DNA of 50,741 bases, taken from a virus (lineage: Duplodnaviria; Caudoviricetes). The notes below the pieces were generated by a model that worked only from the letters and a program-made list of their open reading frames with translations, ran no database searches and was not told the DNA's origin. Position numbers and translations under genes: made by a program. The DNA is taken from the IMG/VR virus record IMGVR_UViG_3300025141_000149, positions 1 to 50,741 of that record; one strand, 5' to 3'. Positions 1-8,980 of the stretch are shown piece after piece; position 1 is the first letter of the stretch, and each line of letters starts with the position of its first letter.

Positions 1-186
1 ATCACTTTGCTGGGATCAGCCATACAAGGAATCATTTACTAAGGCTTGGAAGCAACATAATGTATGGGCATCACCACGATTTACAACAGTCATCTGTTAC
101 CCATCTGGATGGGGTGAAGTCAGCGTGGAGTATAGGATGTCTGAAGGACATGAAGGCAGAGAAGAATGAATTTTTACAAGGAAGGA
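1..186. repeat. Left copy of imperfect terminal direct repeat
   Basis: Aligns without gaps to 50556-50741; 17 mismatches in 186 bp counted by hand. Confidence 0.95.
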
Positions 187-308
187 TGCACAATTGGAGT
201 CATGCATTTGCAATCGTTGACTTTTATGACAAAGGCTTTTTCACTGTGCATGTAATACAAATTATAAATGGTAAAACCTCTTTATGGGGCGAATTAATTA
301 CAGGATAA
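3..308 (+). CDS. C-terminal part of calcineurin-like metallophosphoesterase (5' part at 50093-50741)
   Basis: Frame reads HFAGISHTRNHLLRLGSNIMYGHHHD with the GHxH motif; continues the gene left open at the window end. Confidence 0.85.
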   Translation, partial: HFAGISHTRNHLLRLGSNIMYGHHHDLQQSSVTHLDGVKSAWSIGCLKDMKAEKNEFLQGRMHNWSHAFAIVDFYDKGFFTVHVIQIINGKTSLWGELITG

Positions 309-312
309 TATT

Positions 313-912
313 ATGGCAAATAATAATATAGAAGGACAAATTTTAGCTGGGGATAAAACCATTCTTGATGTATTTGGAGAAAAGTCTCAGGTTGCTGATG
401 AATATATGATTCCTGGTGGAAAGAATATTTTTGGTCAGGAAGTTGCTCCACTTTCACAAGTAGAATTATTAGAAATGATAATGCCATTTGCTGGTTCTAT
501 TAGAGGTGGTAAACAGGCATTGGGTAATTTTAAATTTTTGTCTAAAAATTGGGATATACTTGGCAAAAAGCTTAAAGGGGATGTTGCTGGCTTATCTTCT
601 AGGTCAATAGGTAAGAAAAATATAAACATCTCAAAAGCAGATAAAGAATTTGCTGATGCATATGAGGAATTTATGAAATTTCATGCAAAGAATCCTCCTA
701 AGCTTCAACCTAGAGCTGACAAGTCTATCAAACCCAGCAAATTTACTAAAGAATATATCGAACAGAGAAATAAGGAGGCTGTAGAGTCACTAAAATATGA
801 AGAAGCTAGAAAAGTATTAAATACTATAATGAAGAAACATGGAATTACTGATCCAGATAATGTAGAATTTGTAGATACAATAACAGACTTACTTACAAGG
901 AGTAGGAATTAA
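313..912 (+). CDS. Hypothetical protein
   Basis: 199-aa ORF tightly packed in the operon, AGGA upstream. Confidence 0.75.
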   Translation: MANNNIEGQILAGDKTILDVFGEKSQVADEYMIPGGKNIFGQEVAPLSQVELLEMIMPFAGSIRGGKQALGNFKFLSKNWDILGKKLKGDVAGLSSRSIGKKNINISKADKEFADAYEEFMKFHAKNPPKLQPRADKSIKPSKFTKEYIEQRNKEAVESLKYEEARKVLNTIMKKHGITDPDNVEFVDTITDLLTRSRN

Positions 913-913
913 A

Positions 914-1069
914 GTGGATGGAATAATAGATACATTGAAAACAACAGGAGCAGGTGTAAGTGGATGGTGGTTGTCGGTTAGTGGCTGGCTTCCAGAGGTT
1001 GTATCACTAGGGGTTGGAATTGCAACTTTAGTGTACCTCATAATTAAAATATATAAAGAGCTAAAATAA
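914..1069 (+). CDS. Small membrane protein, holin-like (51 aa, not in ORF track)
   Basis: GTG start; MDGIIDTLKTTGAGVSGWWLSVSGWLPEVVSLGVGIATLVYLIIKIYKELK, hydrophobic with a basic tail. Confidence 0.6.
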   Translation: MDGIIDTLKTTGAGVSGWWLSVSGWLPEVVSLGVGIATLVYLIIKIYKELK

Positions 1070-1086
1070 TTACATGGGAGGTGTAG

Positions 1087-1338
1087 TTGGATATAATAGG
1101 AATAATAGAAACACTTGGAATACCAGTAGCAGTTGCTATAGGTCTGGGTTATGCTCTTATGTATCTAATAAAATTTATAACAAGAGATGTAAAGGCTGAT
1201 ATAAAGAATCTTTATGATATTACTGTTAAGCTTATTGATAGCAATAGACAATCAAAAGATGAAACTAAAAAAACAATGACAGCAGTTAATGTAATAAAAG
1301 ACATCGTAATAAAACTTTTCAAACAAGGAGAAAAATAA
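1087..1338 (+). CDS. Single-TM protein with coiled-coil tail, holin-like
   Basis: GGAGG RBS, TTG start, TM segment LGIPVAVAIGLGYALMYLI. Confidence 0.65.
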   Translation: MDIIGIIETLGIPVAVAIGLGYALMYLIKFITRDVKADIKNLYDITVKLIDSNRQSKDETKKTMTAVNVIKDIVIKLFKQGEK

Positions 1339-1490
1339 TGTTAGAATTTTTATCAAGTAACTGGGAATATGCACTAATAGGTATTCTCTGTATAGATAAG
1401 GTTGTTGCACTTAGTCCAACTGAGTGGGATGATCTTATATGGACATCAATTAAAAAAGCAATTTATAAGGCGGTAGGTAAAAATGTTTAA
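1338..1490 (+). CDS. Small membrane-associated protein (50 aa, not in ORF track)
   Basis: AGGAG RBS, TAATG overlap; MLEFLSSNWEYALIGILCIDKVVALSPTEWDDLIWTSIKKAIYKAVGKNV. Confidence 0.6.
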   Translation: MLEFLSSNWEYALIGILCIDKVVALSPTEWDDLIWTSIKKAIYKAVGKNV

Positions 1491-1632
1491 AATGATAATA
1501 GCAAAAGCAGTTGCAAAGCATGGCTTTCTTCCTCTTCTTTTAAAGGTGGGAGATATTGCTGTAAAGGCGACAAAGACAAAAAAAGATGATGAAGCATGGG
1601 CTAAAGTTAAAAAGGTTATAAGTAAACTGTAA
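1483..1632 (+). CDS. Small amphipathic protein (49 aa, not in ORF track)
   Basis: MFKMIIAKAVAKHGFLPLLLKVGDIAVKATKTKKDDEAWAKVKKVISKL; fills the gap to the next gene; shares TxxDDxxWxxxKKxI with the preceding ORF. Confidence 0.55.
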   Translation: MFKMIIAKAVAKHGFLPLLLKVGDIAVKATKTKKDDEAWAKVKKVISKL

Positions 1633-1634
1633 GA

Positions 1635-4256
1635 ATGAAAATCTATAATGAAATAGTATTTGATGTAGATGGGAATGTAGTATACGAAGATAGCTATGAG
1701 TATAGTGGTGATGTTATACTTTGTCAAGAGGATGATGATCCTTTTAATTTTAATTTTAATCTTGGCATTAACTTAGGTGACATTACATCTGGAGTAGGGG
1801 GCTCTCTTGATTTTCCTACACTTAATATTGATCCAGAAGCTGTACAAACCATAATCGAAGAAAACCAGCAGAGGGGGTTGCGTTCACAAACACAGGGAAG
1901 TGATATACAGGCAAATGCAGCTCCTTCTCTTCCATCTATTTCAAATGTAGGTTCTATAGCTCCAACTGGTGTTGTCAATTGGAATGCAATTCCTGGGGGG
2001 TTTCAGCCCTTACCACAAACAGCAGGTGGGAGGAAGAAGTTATATCAATTATCCAAGTTTCATGGAGGCATTAATCAAAAGTCTTCTCCAAGAGATATAG
2101 CTGATTTTGAATGCCAAGAAGCTATAAACGTTACAGTTTCGCAGGTTGGAAGAATTAAACTACTTGGCGATTGTTTAAATACGAATAATAGTATAACTAC
2201 AGAGGATAGCCAAAAAGCTGATAGGGGTGCTGCTGGATATGGTCTCTTCCAATTCACAGCTCCAGCTGCTACTAATGGCACTGCTGGTGAATATGTCGTA
2301 ACACTTGCTCCAAGTGGAGATGAGATAGATGCTCATGATAGTACGGGTACTACAGATTCATGGATAACATATGGTGTCACTGACGATCATGATGTTGCAC
2401 ATGTCATATATGCTGCTGGTAATGGAGTATACGCAAATGATGCAAATTTTAGAACATCAAGTGATAATCCACGCAAAGCAAATATATATGTATATAGAGA
2501 GGATGCTGGTAGTAGTCAAACAGTTAGTGGGTGGAAAGAAGGCAAGGCATTAATTGATTCCCCGACCTATGATATAGCTGCTGCTGGTTCAATGGCTGCT
2601 GGTGATGTTAAAGTTGTACACTCTGCTGAAACTGCCTCTGTTGCTGGCACAATGATAGTAGATTGTACTCCTACTGGTACTGGAACTTGGGGTGCTGGAG
2701 GTGCTACTACATATTATTTTTATTGTTCATGGCTTTTTGATGGCGGTTGTGAGACTGGATTAACCTCATGTGGTACTGATGATGGGACTGGGACTTCGGA
2801 TGGTATAGCATTTACTGATAATACATTGCAACTTAATATTTCATTAATGCATACTCCACATGCATCAAATAATACAGAGCTTGGTGGAGATAAAAGAATT
2901 GAGGGTGGGCGTATATATTTTAAGGAAAGTGGAACGGCAGAAAGGTGGCTATTAGCAGAATTTAATTTAGTGGATGGTGTTAAAGGTGCACTTGATTCTA
3001 CATTTACCCCTTGGACTGAAAGTAGTGATGTCTATAGCCATACTACAATTATATTTGTAAATCCTCCAGAAGTATATTCATATGCATCATTAAATGCATA
3101 TTATGCAAATGAGGCATACGGAGAGTCTCCTGATATAAATGATGATGATGCTACTGGCCCAACAGCACATGACGTAAGATATAAAACTGCGGTTGTTGGT
3201 AGTGGGGGGATTGTATTTATTGGCAATGTTAAATTTAAAGGAAAGCATATGCCTGACTCTATGATGTTTTCAATGCCTGGAAAGCCTGGGGTATTTCCTA
3301 AGTTTAATACATTTGACTCTCCTTCTTCTGATGGGTCTCCAATTACAGCCCTTGCAGCGTTTAAAGATACAATACTACAGTTTAAAGAAAATGCACTATA
3401 TGTAATAAATGTCTCAAATCCAGCTCAATTTTATGCACAAGCTTCATTTAGAGACTGTGGTGTATTTAATCCATGCCAAGTATTTACAACTTCATTTGGG
3501 GTTATATTTGCAAATCAGATTGGATGCTTTATTTATGCTGGGGGTAAAGTTATTTCTCTTACAAGTGGTAAATTTGATTTTACTAATTGGGATTTACCTA
3601 GCGATGAAGGTTCTTCAATAGGTGCTGATGGTACTGGCGTTCCCTGTGTTGGCTATGATCCACGCTCACAAAGTATTGTTGTCTTAAAAGACATTAATGA
3701 TGATTCTGAGGACACAGGTGCTTTTGTATATAATATGGTGACACAATCATGGACTGAGGGAAGTTCAATGATTACAAATGCGAATACTAATCGTCATACA
3801 AACTTTATTATAACTTCTGGTGGATATTTAAGTATACTTAGAGATAATAGTACAAGTTTATTAAATTATAATCATGATATGCAAACTGGCACTAACTCTT
3901 ACGCAAGTGCACAGTCAATTGAATACATAACTAAAGACTTGGATTTTGGATTACCTTCTCAGACCAAAAAGATATTTAAGGTATATGTGACATATAAAGG
4001 TGATTGTGATGGTATTAGTGTATATTTTAGAGCAGATGGAAATTCAACTGATAGGCAGTTTAATAGTACTAATACTCCACTTTCTGATGTGGGTTCAACA
4101 CTTACTACTGTAACCCTTACTCCTACTACTGCATCTCAAGCAAAAGATATAAAAAGTTTTGCACTTAAATTTACAGGTTCTGTTGGAGTAGATGCATCAG
4201 ACTCATTCGAGATAAATGATATTTCAATACTATATAGAGTGAGACCTATTAAATAA
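1635..4256 (+). CDS. Tail tubular/nozzle (P22 gp10 / T7 gp12-like stabilisation) protein with N-terminal extension
   Basis: 873 aa, beta-rich; FHGGIN near the start of the core, YITKDLDFGLPSQTKKIFKVYV and EINDISILYR at the C-terminus; upstream of ejection genes. Confidence 0.65.
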   Translation: MKIYNEIVFDVDGNVVYEDSYEYSGDVILCQEDDDPFNFNFNLGINLGDITSGVGGSLDFPTLNIDPEAVQTIIEENQQRGLRSQTQGSDIQANAAPSLPSISNVGSIAPTGVVNWNAIPGGFQPLPQTAGGRKKLYQLSKFHGGINQKSSPRDIADFECQEAINVTVSQVGRIKLLGDCLNTNNSITTEDSQKADRGAAGYGLFQFTAPAATNGTAGEYVVTLAPSGDEIDAHDSTGTTDSWITYGVTDDHDVAHVIYAAGNGVYANDANFRTSSDNPRKANIYVYREDAGSSQTVSGWKEGKALIDSPTYDIAAAGSMAAGDVKVVHSAETASVAGTMIVDCTPTGTGTWGAGGATTYYFYCSWLFDGGCETGLTSCGTDDGTGTSDGIAFTDNTLQLNISLMHTPHASNNTELGGDKRIEGGRIYFKESGTAERWLLAEFNLVDGVKGALDSTFTPWTESSDVYSHTTIIFVNPPEVYSYASLNAYYANEAYGESPDINDDDATGPTAHDVRYKTAVVGSGGIVFIGNVKFKGKHMPDSMMFSMPGKPGVFPKFNTFDSPSSDGSPITALAAFKDTILQFKENALYVINVSNPAQFYAQASFRDCGVFNPCQVFTTSFGVIFANQIGCFIYAGGKVISLTSGKFDFTNWDLPSDEGSSIGADGTGVPCVGYDPRSQSIVVLKDINDDSEDTGAFVYNMVTQSWTEGSSMITNANTNRHTNFIITSGGYLSILRDNSTSLLNYNHDMQTGTNSYASAQSIEYITKDLDFGLPSQTKKIFKVYVTYKGDCDGISVYFRADGNSTDRQFNSTNTPLSDVGSTLTTVTLTPTTASQAKDIKSFALKFTGSVGVDASDSFEINDISILYRVRPIK

Positions 4257-5329
4257 TGGGCTGGGGACAAGCAAGAAGACCAAAAATTTCTACTAAACTT
4301 GGAAATCCAAATCCAAGAGAAGGTAGTGATGGTGATATACAGATAAAGGGAACTGCACTTGGAGCTAAGTTATGGGGTAAATGGTCAGGTAGATGGTGGG
4401 ATGTTCCACTTTCTAGAGATGGTGTTACAAAGTTTGGTGTTACTGACTCTAATTACCTTAGTATAGATAGGGACTCAGTAGATATATTTACAGATAAAGT
4501 TAAAGTAGCTTCGTTTGGATCAACGACTACTGTGCCTAATATAAGATTGGGAGGTAGAATATTAGTAGATTCTAAAAATGCTTATGGCACTGCTGCTGGG
4601 GACTATGGTAATATTTGTTTAGGAATAACAAATTCTATATTAGGACTCCATAATATTTCAATTGGATGGGAGGCTGGAAAAGTACTAGAAGGAGGTGAAA
4701 GTCTTGGTCATGGCTCTAATGGAGAATATAATATATGTATTGGGAGTTCAGCTGGAGAGAGTATAACTACTGGGAATGGCAATATTTGTATTGGCTTGAG
4801 TACTGATAATTCTTCGGCTACTGGCGATAATGCTATTGCTATTGGATATGGTGTTCATGCTGCTTCTGACAACATGGTAATCGGAAAAGCAGGTGCAACA
4901 AGTTATTGGAGTATTGATTTTACATCTTCTACTACTTGGGCACATAGCTCAGATTTGAGAGCTAAAAGGAATATTAAAGATGATACTTTAGGGCTTTCAT
5001 TTATAAATGATTTGAGAACAAAAACATTTCAATGGAAGTCAGCAGAAGAGCATCCAGAAGAATGGGAAGATTATACTTTAGACACAGATGGTAATAAGGT
5101 GTATGCAGAGATAAATGATGACATTATGCATGGAATGATAGCTCAAGATGTTAAGATAGCATTAGATAATGCAGGCGTTGATACATTTTCTGCATGGTCG
5201 GAAAATGAAAAAGGTATGCAGCAATTAGCACCAGCGTCATTTGTATATCCACTTATAAAAGCAGTACAAGAATTATCAGTAAAAATAGATACAATGCAAA
5301 CAGAAATTAACAACTTAAAAGCGGAGTAA
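4256..5329 (+). CDS. Tail fibre/spike with C-terminal intramolecular chaperone (peptidase S74)
   Basis: NI(S/C)IG beta-repeats then SSDLRAKRNI...F(Q)WK...GMIAQDV...LIKAVQEL. Confidence 0.85.
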   Translation: MGWGQARRPKISTKLGNPNPREGSDGDIQIKGTALGAKLWGKWSGRWWDVPLSRDGVTKFGVTDSNYLSIDRDSVDIFTDKVKVASFGSTTTVPNIRLGGRILVDSKNAYGTAAGDYGNICLGITNSILGLHNISIGWEAGKVLEGGESLGHGSNGEYNICIGSSAGESITTGNGNICIGLSTDNSSATGDNAIAIGYGVHAASDNMVIGKAGATSYWSIDFTSSTTWAHSSDLRAKRNIKDDTLGLSFINDLRTKTFQWKSAEEHPEEWEDYTLDTDGNKVYAEINDDIMHGMIAQDVKIALDNAGVDTFSAWSENEKGMQQLAPASFVYPLIKAVQELSVKIDTMQTEINNLKAE

Positions 5330-5333
5330 AGTT

Positions 5334-5969
5334 ATGGCAGAAGGAATATATATGGGTGGTGAAGTTTTAAAAGGGAAGGCTTCAAAAGAAATTCGTGACC
5401 TCGTTGCTGAAATAAAAAAACAACAAGAGGCATTTGCAAAGCAAGCTGGGAAATCTAAACTATGGAATCAGTTTGGAGATTTACTTCAGCTGGGATTATC
5501 ATTTACAGGTGTTCCAGGTATCATTGGTGGAGGTTTTTTGGATTTTCTAATAGATCAAGTCTCTGGAAGAACTTTAATGGGTGGTACAAAAGCTGGTGAT
5601 CCAGAAGCAATAAAGAAATTACAAACAGCATATACGGGTAGTGGCTATGGAGAAGAATTTGGGAAAATGATAGAGGAATCAAGGCCAGATTTTTGGGCTG
5701 GGTTATTACAAGAAGGTGTTGAGGGATTAAAATCATATGCTCTTGCTGAAGCCACAGGGCATGTTCTTGGAGAAGGCACAAAAGGAGGTGGCACTGATAT
5801 TCCAGCAGACTATCCTAGGGATTGGCGTGAAGGTGGTAGAGTTCCTAAATACTATGGAGGTGGAAGCGTTTTAGGTAGTCCTACAATTACAGGTTACTTT
5901 AGTCAGCAAGGAAAAACATTAGGTGGTAGTAACAAGCAATCATTAGCTGAAATGTTGGGGAGAAGATAG
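5334..5969 (+). CDS. Probable ejection/internal virion protein
   Basis: Gly-rich hydrophobic segment (LLQLGLSFTGVPGIIGGGFL), GGxV motifs, position after tail genes. Confidence 0.55.
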   Translation: MAEGIYMGGEVLKGKASKEIRDLVAEIKKQQEAFAKQAGKSKLWNQFGDLLQLGLSFTGVPGIIGGGFLDFLIDQVSGRTLMGGTKAGDPEAIKKLQTAYTGSGYGEEFGKMIEESRPDFWAGLLQEGVEGLKSYALAEATGHVLGEGTKGGGTDIPADYPRDWREGGRVPKYYGGGSVLGSPTITGYFSQQGKTLGGSNKQSLAEMLGRR

Positions 5970-5970
5970 T

Positions 5971-6786
5971 ATGGGAGATTGGCAAGGTACTTATCAAGGT
6001 TCTGATAATATTGTAATTTTACACGGACAAAGTTCTGGGACTGATGAATATTATTACTACCAATGGGATGGTGAAAAATATAATAAGACAGGGAGTAGCT
6101 ATAATGAGATTGTTGATTCTTCTTGGACTTTAAAAGATATAAATGATATGGAAATTTCATCTACAACAGCAACAGTTTATGATGACACTCCAGTTGGAGA
6201 ACGTACAGACATTGGAGAGCCTTCAATAACTGAAGAAAATTGGATGGGGAAATCTTTAGAGCAGCAAGCTCGATACATTTTAGATACAAAATATCAAGGT
6301 AATATTCCTGATCTTAATTTAGGAGATTATCCTGAAGACCCGAATAATCCTGAATCCAATGATTTAGAGTATTTAATGGAGAAATTGAGAGTACAACCAC
6401 TAAAAGGAGAAATTGATCCAACAAAAGCTAGATTCTTTTCAGAGGAATATGGTGGTGCTGGAACATCATTTGCTGATAGCCTTGCTGGGAGAACAGCGGG
6501 TCAAACACTTTCTACAAGCCTTACTTCACTTCAAGGTGCAACTAGTAAGGTTACAGGTGCAATGCAAGGTGTATATGGAGGGTCTGGGATTGGCATGAGG
6601 GCTGGTATTGCTGGGCAGGGAGCAATTAAAAAAGGTTTTGGAGAAGCACAGGATGCGTATGGACTTGCTGCTGATACGGCAGATTTAGGCTATAGAAAAG
6701 GAATGTATGGACTTGAAGAAGATGTTATAGGTGATTGGGAGTCAAATTGGAAATCATTTTGGGATAATCTTCCAGATGCAACATAA
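5971..6786 (+). CDS. Probable ejection/internal virion protein
   Basis: Acidic N-half, Gly/Ala-rich C-half; synteny. Confidence 0.5.
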   Translation: MGDWQGTYQGSDNIVILHGQSSGTDEYYYYQWDGEKYNKTGSSYNEIVDSSWTLKDINDMEISSTTATVYDDTPVGERTDIGEPSITEENWMGKSLEQQARYILDTKYQGNIPDLNLGDYPEDPNNPESNDLEYLMEKLRVQPLKGEIDPTKARFFSEEYGGAGTSFADSLAGRTAGQTLSTSLTSLQGATSKVTGAMQGVYGGSGIGMRAGIAGQGAIKKGFGEAQDAYGLAADTADLGYRKGMYGLEEDVIGDWESNWKSFWDNLPDAT

Positions 6787-6802
6787 ATATAGAGGTTAAA
6801 TT

Positions 6803-8980
6803 ATGGCAGTAGAAAGTATAATAAGAGGACTTTTAAATAGAGGTAAATCAGTCCGTGATATTGAAGAGCCTTGGTGGTCTAGACGTTATGGTGATATACT
6901 TGGAGCAGTCCCAGGAGTTGTAGGGGCTTTCCAACAGGCGAAAAAAGAAAAGGCAGTACAAGCTAATAGAGACTTAACTACAATATCTAGCTTTGAAGCT
7001 AGGCTTGGGAATAAATTAAACAATTACGAGGTTAGTGGTGATGTATATAATGAGGCTAAAATGCCAGAGCTTAAAGAGTCTATTAATAATTTTTACGATC
7101 AATATTCTTCTAAGTTTCCTGAGTTAATATCTGAGTTTTCCGAAGAACGTGATGCAATTCTAGGTAAAATAAATTCTTACAGTATAAAAAATAAAGAAAA
7201 AGATGCATTACTTTCTAAGATTAATCCCACCAAGGAAAAACTTTTCTCAATAGTTGAGACATTAAATACTACAGCAACAACAGATTTTAATCCCGATGAG
7301 CGAGTCAAGTTCAGACAAGAAGTCTATGATACAATGGAAGAGATTACTAAGCTTGACAAGATAATTGATGACCCTTATTATGCTGGCATAGATGGGTGGG
7401 CAGATACAATTGAAGATGTTAAGTATGGTTTATCAGATGCATCAAAACAACTAATTACACAGATTAATACTTGGGATTCAAAAGAAAATGTTATATCAAA
7501 GCAGGATTTAAATAATCTAGAAAACGCAATATTCAAAAATGATACTCAAGGTATTCGTGCTATTAACGAGCAGATAGTTCAAGATAAAACTGCGAGAATG
7601 ACACAATATGAAACAGATTATAATACTTATTTAAAGAATTATCAAGCTATTGCATCATTTGCAAATACTCAAACGTATAAAGATATGAAAAAAATAAAGG
7701 ATGATGAATATGCTAAGGCTATTAAAGATGGAAGGACAGTTTCCGAGGATTTTTGGTTTGAGTATGTAGACCCAACTAAGCTACCTGGAGCTCCAGAAGA
7801 AGGTGTTAATTTGCAAAACGTGGATGCACAATTAATTAAATTAAAAACTGATGCTGAGAACATAGACGCTAACTATCGTAATGAGCATATAGCTGGTGCT
7901 TCAATAGCCGAAGTTTTAAATAAACCGCTTCCTTGGGATAAGGGTAAGGCGAGCTTAGAGCAAAAGAAAAAAGAGCATGAGAAAAGAATGAAGGACTTAG
8001 GCTTAACTGTTTCTTCTGTTGGTGGAGGTGAGGCTGTTGTTGCTGGCGATGAACCTCTTGAGGTATCAGAACTTCACAGGTCTGTTGCCCCTATAGACCC
8101 TACCATGCCAACTGGTGAGCCACGTGTTAAAGAAGGGGACAATATAGATGTTGGAGTATTTCAAATAAATGAACCAACATTTGCCAAATACAATCCTAAA
8201 GAAATGTCTGAACCAGAGATGATTAAATTTGCATCCGATATTGTTTATAACAATCTTTCAGATACTACTGTTGGTGATTTTAATCACAATGATGGGTGGA
8301 ACAATTGGTCTGTCTATAAAAATAAAACAGATGATTTTAAATTAGCACGTAATAAAAATGATAAATGGTTTTTAGAGAATGGTTTATCTCAGGAGCAATT
8401 AAATAATATTGATAATAATTTTAAATCAAATAAAGATAAAAAAATTGCACGTGCTGTAATATGGGCTGAGTCTAAAGGAGATCATTCAGCTATTAATATC
8501 AATAAGCCCGAAGTTAAAGAACCAGAAGTTAAAGGTATCAAAATAGACTCTCCATTAACTGAGGCAAAGGATGGCAAGACTGTTGTAAATTATAGCAATG
8601 CAAGCTCAACTGGATTTAAAAGACAGCAAACAAATTTAAATAAGATAGCTTCTAAAAAATACAACGCTAAAGAAAATAAAAATAAATATGACAATGTTCG
8701 TGATTTTGTTAAATCTAAGTTTGAAGAGTGGCTAAGGTCAACAGGTAAATATGGTAAGTATGCAGAGGAAGATTTTAAATATTTTATTCCAACAAAAGTT
8801 GACAGGAAAAATAAAGTAAATCCTAATACAGATATGAATAGATATAATTTGTATTATCCTGGTGCTTTTTCTGGTGCAAAAGGAGATGTGCGAATGATGA
8901 TAAATCCTAAAATTGGAAGCGGATACCTAGGATTTGCAAAAGATTTTGATGAGTTTAGAAAGTATTTACAGGAGTCGTAA
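6803..8980 (+). CDS. Ejection protein with lytic transglycosylase-like domain (motif order permuted)
   Basis: Helical/coiled-coil body; DVGVFQIN, GWNNWSVY and AVIWAESKGDHSAIN motifs at about aa 446-568. Confidence 0.7.
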   Translation: MAVESIIRGLLNRGKSVRDIEEPWWSRRYGDILGAVPGVVGAFQQAKKEKAVQANRDLTTISSFEARLGNKLNNYEVSGDVYNEAKMPELKESINNFYDQYSSKFPELISEFSEERDAILGKINSYSIKNKEKDALLSKINPTKEKLFSIVETLNTTATTDFNPDERVKFRQEVYDTMEEITKLDKIIDDPYYAGIDGWADTIEDVKYGLSDASKQLITQINTWDSKENVISKQDLNNLENAIFKNDTQGIRAINEQIVQDKTARMTQYETDYNTYLKNYQAIASFANTQTYKDMKKIKDDEYAKAIKDGRTVSEDFWFEYVDPTKLPGAPEEGVNLQNVDAQLIKLKTDAENIDANYRNEHIAGASIAEVLNKPLPWDKGKASLEQKKKEHEKRMKDLGLTVSSVGGGEAVVAGDEPLEVSELHRSVAPIDPTMPTGEPRVKEGDNIDVGVFQINEPTFAKYNPKEMSEPEMIKFASDIVYNNLSDTTVGDFNHNDGWNNWSVYKNKTDDFKLARNKNDKWFLENGLSQEQLNNIDNNFKSNKDKKIARAVIWAESKGDHSAININKPEVKEPEVKGIKIDSPLTEAKDGKTVVNYSNASSTGFKRQQTNLNKIASKKYNAKENKNKYDNVRDFVKSKFEEWLRSTGKYGKYAEEDFKYFIPTKVDRKNKVNPNTDMNRYNLYYPGAFSGAKGDVRMMINPKIGSGYLGFAKDFDEFRKYLQES

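Noticed and set aside
1-186. Physical T7-like terminal repeat, or a DGR template/variable pair
   Set aside because: It lies mid-gene, far from the terS region; mismatches are not adenine-specific and no reverse transcriptase is present
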